Source: an uncultured bacterium | GTDB lineage: Bacteria > SAR324 > NAC60-12 | Direction: 5' to 3' | Assembly: GCA_964010765.1 (NCBI GenBank) | Contig: CAXGMD010000003.1 | Location: 27,885-91,884, forward strand | DNA length: 64,000 nucleotides | Shown: in pieces, positions 61,501 through 64,000 of the stretch | How the letters are laid out: every line of letters begins with the position of its first letter | Position numbering within the stretch: position 1 is the stretch's first letter | Translations under genes and position numbers: made by a program | Notes under the pieces: model-generated | What the model was told of the DNA's origin: nothing | Database searches by the model: none | What the model saw: the letters and a program-made list of their open reading frames with translations, nothing else

Positions 61501-62290
61501 TCTCCTGTTCCAGTCGAGAACAAGTCGCTCGGCTCTCTCGTAACTGACGCAACCATCCGAGTTCACCTTGCAGTCGTTGTTCTGTAGCCTGCAGTTTCGG
61601 ACGCTGTTCCAGATATTCGTCAAGGCGCTGCCGCAGAGTGCGCAATGCTTCTTCTTCCAGCAGGGGAAGTGTGCCCAGTTGCTGCTGGAGTTTTTCCAGC
61701 GCTTCTCGAGATTCCCGGCTACAGCTGAAGGCCAGCTCGCTCAGCTCAGAGTAAACATGCAGACCCGTCAACTCCTCCAGCAGCTCTCCCCGTTCCTTTT
61801 CCTTGGCTCGAAGGAACGCGGCAAAGTCCCCTTGTGGCAGAATGACAGAGCGGAGAAAACGCTCCATGTTCAATCCCGTGAGCTTCTCGACTTCCTTGGG
61901 AACATCACTGGAGCGCAGGTCCAGGGTTTGGTTGGTTTCCAGATCTTGGAGTTCATGACGCGCCGGCTGAATTCTTCCTGTTGCTTGACCACGGGCTCGA
62001 CGTAGGTTCCAACGTGCTCGGAAGCGACCCTGCTGCACAGCAAAATCCAGCTCTATCAGTGTCTCTGCGGTATGCCGTGTCATCAACTCCGTAGGTGTGT
62101 TGTGTCCATACCGTGGAACTCGGCCATAGAGCGCAACAATCATCGCGTCCAGCAGACTGCTCTTGCCTCCACCCGTTGGACCCGTGATCGCAAACAAACC
62201 AGCTTCATAAAGTGGAAATTGATCGAATTGAATCGTCCACTGGTTGCGCAAGGCGTGCACATTCTGAAGGTGCAGGCGTAGAATTCTCAT
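58592..62290 (-). CDS. sbcC: Exonuclease SbcCD subunit C (Rad50-like ATPase)
   Basis: GPTGGGKS, LPQGDF Q-loop, CPLC hook, LSGGE, LFIDEGFG, IISH. Confidence 0.95.
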   Translation of the reverse strand: MRILRLHLQNVHALRNQWTIQFDQFPLYEAGLFAITGPTGGGKSSLLDAMIVALYGRVPRYGHNTPTELMTRHTAETLIELDFAVQQGRFRARWNLRRARGQATGRIQPARHELQDLETNQTLDLRSSDVPKEVEKLTGLNMERFLRSVILPQGDFAAFLRAKEKERGELLEELTGLHVYSELSELAFSCSRESREALEKLQQQLGTLPLLEEEALRTLRQRLDEYLEQRPKLQATEQRLQGELGWLRQLRESRATCSRLEQEITAAQQALESFAPQQQRLQRHHQLQPFQPQWQSQQKQAKQLEQQQFNQQRIREELGIKQQEVQQLEVSAQQDQERLQDQEKQYQQLIEPIRLALEVDAQIQTQQVRWESRQQEQTRLEQTIHQQRQQLLQEDTWVQQALLRQQQRQQWLVEQRSCQQLELALPELRDIWQQWQQKQQQWQQSQAALHRFERQQAEEVKQSSELQQLENDLAEESLPLEQRAQSLREQEEVLLEDRPLGDWQVTQREAQRLLRLGEKLTELSQRFQDVQLERSKFEQQEREFQLKLVQLGEQHLHQDHLLQQTQEHLHDKQRLLEQSRLIRDYEAARTQLQLNQPCPLCGSTEHPFVISNKIPSVEQEAELVEHLKQRCKEIEQELTNLQREQTQLKARSEITHERSEQLQQEAQKIQSAFDDVNSQIPPESVRLLTDRIGVQTLYLSWQEQFQATEQKLGAVEKLDGMRRQLQEEQIVLQNKRAELKERQAALNERQKLHQRQQKDLEKQAKEEQQLVLQLQDSWQEQAQAVGSAEKALEPESLLARLQEQWQAFQKQQQAEDREGPELSQRQQRLERDQATLGQQEQQQQSLAEEQQQELTKLQLLQQQRLKILEHPDPKALEQEQLSQLQACQEKQAASRRSFEEKIQALQQEQQRLQWMEEEYARGQQEHTQNQEELLFALQALGYASIAEAEMGCLDSIEAEELNQQDQQLNQRLSISRHDLGNEQMRRASLEQEARTTHTEEELQAQLEQLRLQQDELSQQLGGVQVQLAKDAELRQNQRVLADQIEQQQQEHRRWASLSELIGSADGTKFSRFAQSLTLAHLVKLANRHLQKLSDRYQLQKRQGACVEMDIVDRYQADAVRSLESLSGGETFLVSLALALGLSDLARRNHPIDSLFIDEGFGTLDADTLDTALAALETLQAGGKTIGIISHVEALKERLTTQIQVRKNNSGNSTLAVIPKPLVENQPKQFVSS

Positions 62291-63510
62291 TGGCTCTTTG
62301 CCTCCTCATGGCGCTCCAACAGCTCTCCAAAAGTGCTGAGCTGACGCTGGGTTTCGTCCTCTGCCAGCTCATGAGACAAGCACAACTCTTGAAAGACTTC
62401 TCTGGGCTGCAGGTCTTCCAGATTCTGGACAGGCGCTTGTTCCTCCAGTCCACTTGCCTGGCGTGTGTACTCCGTGCGCACCTGGAGCAAATGGAGTCGA
62501 GGCTTGGCTTCGGCGATCTCCTGTAATTTGCGATCAATCTCTGGCTCAGGGGCCTCCAACTGGACCCGGGCTTCCATCCAGTCTTCAAATTCACCTGCTG
62601 GCTCCTCCAGCGCCTGGAGCTTTTCACAGACTTCTTCCACCGTTCCCTGCAAACGCAACAGTCGACGTGGAATTGGCAAAGGTAGCTCACGAACCTGCTG
62701 CAGTGTTCCTTTTTCCACTTCCAGCAGCAGAACCGACTTGGAATCCTGACGCTCGCTGAAGCTCAGCGGTAACGGAGATCCGGAATAACGAACATGATTC
62801 ATTCCTGCCACTCGCTGAGGTCGATGCAGATGCCCCAGCGCGAGGTAGTCAAAGAAGTCTGGAAAGTCTGCCACAGGAAAGCGATCCTGTAGGCCAATGT
62901 GAATTTCCTTTTCCGAATCGCTAGACTGACCATTGGCCACGAACAGATGCCCTGTTGCGCAGACAAATTGACCACGTTGCTTCCAGGGAGCAGCCAATTG
63001 CGCTAGTTTTTGGTAGTGTGTAGCGATACCTTCTCGCAGACGTTGCTGGCGCGCTTCATAGCTCTCTCCGGGTAGAATGTTGCGCAAATCAGCATCACGC
63101 AGGAAGGGAACCGCACAAACCAGGGCTTCTTCTCCATCCGCCCCCTGAATTGGGATCAATTGCTCTTCAGGGTCAGTTGGAAGTCCACCAACGACATGTA
63201 CCTGTAGGACTTCCAACAAGCGTTGTGGTGCCTGGAGGGTCAGCACAGAGTCGTGATTCCCTCCGACTAGAATCGCCTGTCGGCAGTTGGTTTCTTCGTG
63301 AAGTCGGCGCAGGAAGTTGAAGTATTGGCGCAGTGCCTGGTTCGGTGGGTTAGCTGTATCGAAAATATCACCAGCGTGGAGCAGACAATCGACTTGCTGC
63401 TCTCGAATCAGTTGCAGTAGATGTTCGAGGAAGAAATCATGCTCGGCAAAGCGCTCCAGGTTGCAGAGCTTTTGACCAAGGTGCCAATCCGAGGTGTGGA
63501 GAATACGCAT
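62287..63510 (-). CDS. sbcD: Exonuclease SbcCD subunit D (Mre11-like nuclease)
   Basis: HTSDWHLG, AGDIFD, GNHDS, ALGHLH, YSGSP. Confidence 0.96.
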   Translation of the reverse strand: MRILHTSDWHLGQKLCNLERFAEHDFFLEHLLQLIREQQVDCLLHAGDIFDTANPPNQALRQYFNFLRRLHEETNCRQAILVGGNHDSVLTLQAPQRLLEVLQVHVVGGLPTDPEEQLIPIQGADGEEALVCAVPFLRDADLRNILPGESYEARQQRLREGIATHYQKLAQLAAPWKQRGQFVCATGHLFVANGQSSDSEKEIHIGLQDRFPVADFPDFFDYLALGHLHRPQRVAGMNHVRYSGSPLPLSFSERQDSKSVLLLEVEKGTLQQVRELPLPIPRRLLRLQGTVEEVCEKLQALEEPAGEFEDWMEARVQLEAPEPEIDRKLQEIAEAKPRLHLLQVRTEYTRQASGLEEQAPVQNLEDLQPREVFQELCLSHELAEDETQRQLSTFGELLERHEEAKSQ

Positions 63511-63623
63511 GAGAGACTGTCACCTGAACAAGGTCCAACCGCTGAATCACAAGATGTAGCAACAAAGGTCAGGAACTAGGTTCTTACGGGACCTGCGAAC
63601 AATCAAGTAGCCTCAGGAGGATT

Positions 63624-64000
63624 TTGCAAGATTCCAGAACACAGGTGGAGATTTATACGGACGGAGCCTGCTCTCCCAATCCAGGAAATGGGGGCTGGGG
63701 AGCCATTCTGATCATGGGCGAGCACCGACGGGAATTATCTGGAGCGGAAACGGAAACCACCAACAACCGGATGGAATTACTGGCTGCGATTCGGGCCCTG
63801 CAAGCCCTGAAACGCCCCTGCTCCGTTGAGCTGCACACCGATTCCAGTTATCTGCGAAACGCCTTCGCACAGGGGTGGCTGGAGAATTGGCAACGCAACG
63901 GCTGGCGCACCAAAGGCGGGAAGGGGAAGGTACTGAATCAGGATCTCTGGCAGGAACTCATTCACCTGACAACAACCCATCAGGTCCAGTGGCACTGGGT
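63624..64000 (+). CDS. rnhA: Ribonuclease HI (3' end lies outside the window; absent from the ORF track)
   Basis: Hand translation: [51 protein letters not shown]; start is TTG 63624 or GTG 63645. Confidence 0.95.
   Translation, partial: MQDSRTQVEIYTDGACSPNPGNGGWGAILIMGEHRRELSGAETETTNNRMELLAAIRALQALKRPCSVELHTDSSYLRNAFAQGWLENWQRNGWRTKGGKGKVLNQDLWQELIHLTTTHQVQWHW

Noticed and set aside
59100..61700. CTG/TTG-rich low-complexity sequence and long + strand ORFs
   Set aside because: They reflect Gln-rich coiled-coil codons of sbcC on the other strand

Overview
Bacterial chromosomal window, densely coding and mostly housekeeping. Gene style suggests a marine delta-proteobacterium-like lineage such as SAR324; this is an impression, not a tested placement. 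Envelope genes: an unusually long PBP1A, an MltD-like SLT-LysM enzyme, a Csd6-like L,D-peptidase, kdsB, a GT4 glycosyltransferase, a PagL-like barrel and a Calx-beta repeat surface protein. Translation, RNA modification and proteostasis: miaB, prmA, asnS, thrS, rsmE, rsmH, lon, and groES-groEL under tandem CIRCE operators. Also present: a Grx4-rhodanese/HesB/YggT operon, DNA repair genes (mutM, sbcDC, partial rnhA, partial UvrD/HelD-like helicase), a doubly frameshifted ROK regulator, and a small catabolic cluster (OYE, Ldh_2, EamA, LysR, DUF2182, DUF1326). I recognised no rRNA, tRNA, CRISPR array, transposase or integrase. Best leads: (1) an A1-type cytochrome c oxidase with an intact D-channel but no K-channel residues, a new Glu in helix VIII, and two small membrane ORFs in its operon; (2) two structured non-coding segments (about 43.77-43.94 kb and 45.82-46.00 kb) inside a patch of small orphan ORFs; (3) unusual domain fusions (six Calx-beta-like repeats on a small barrel; TerB + PilZ-like + DUF2225). 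All family assignments and alignments were made by eye; no database search was run.
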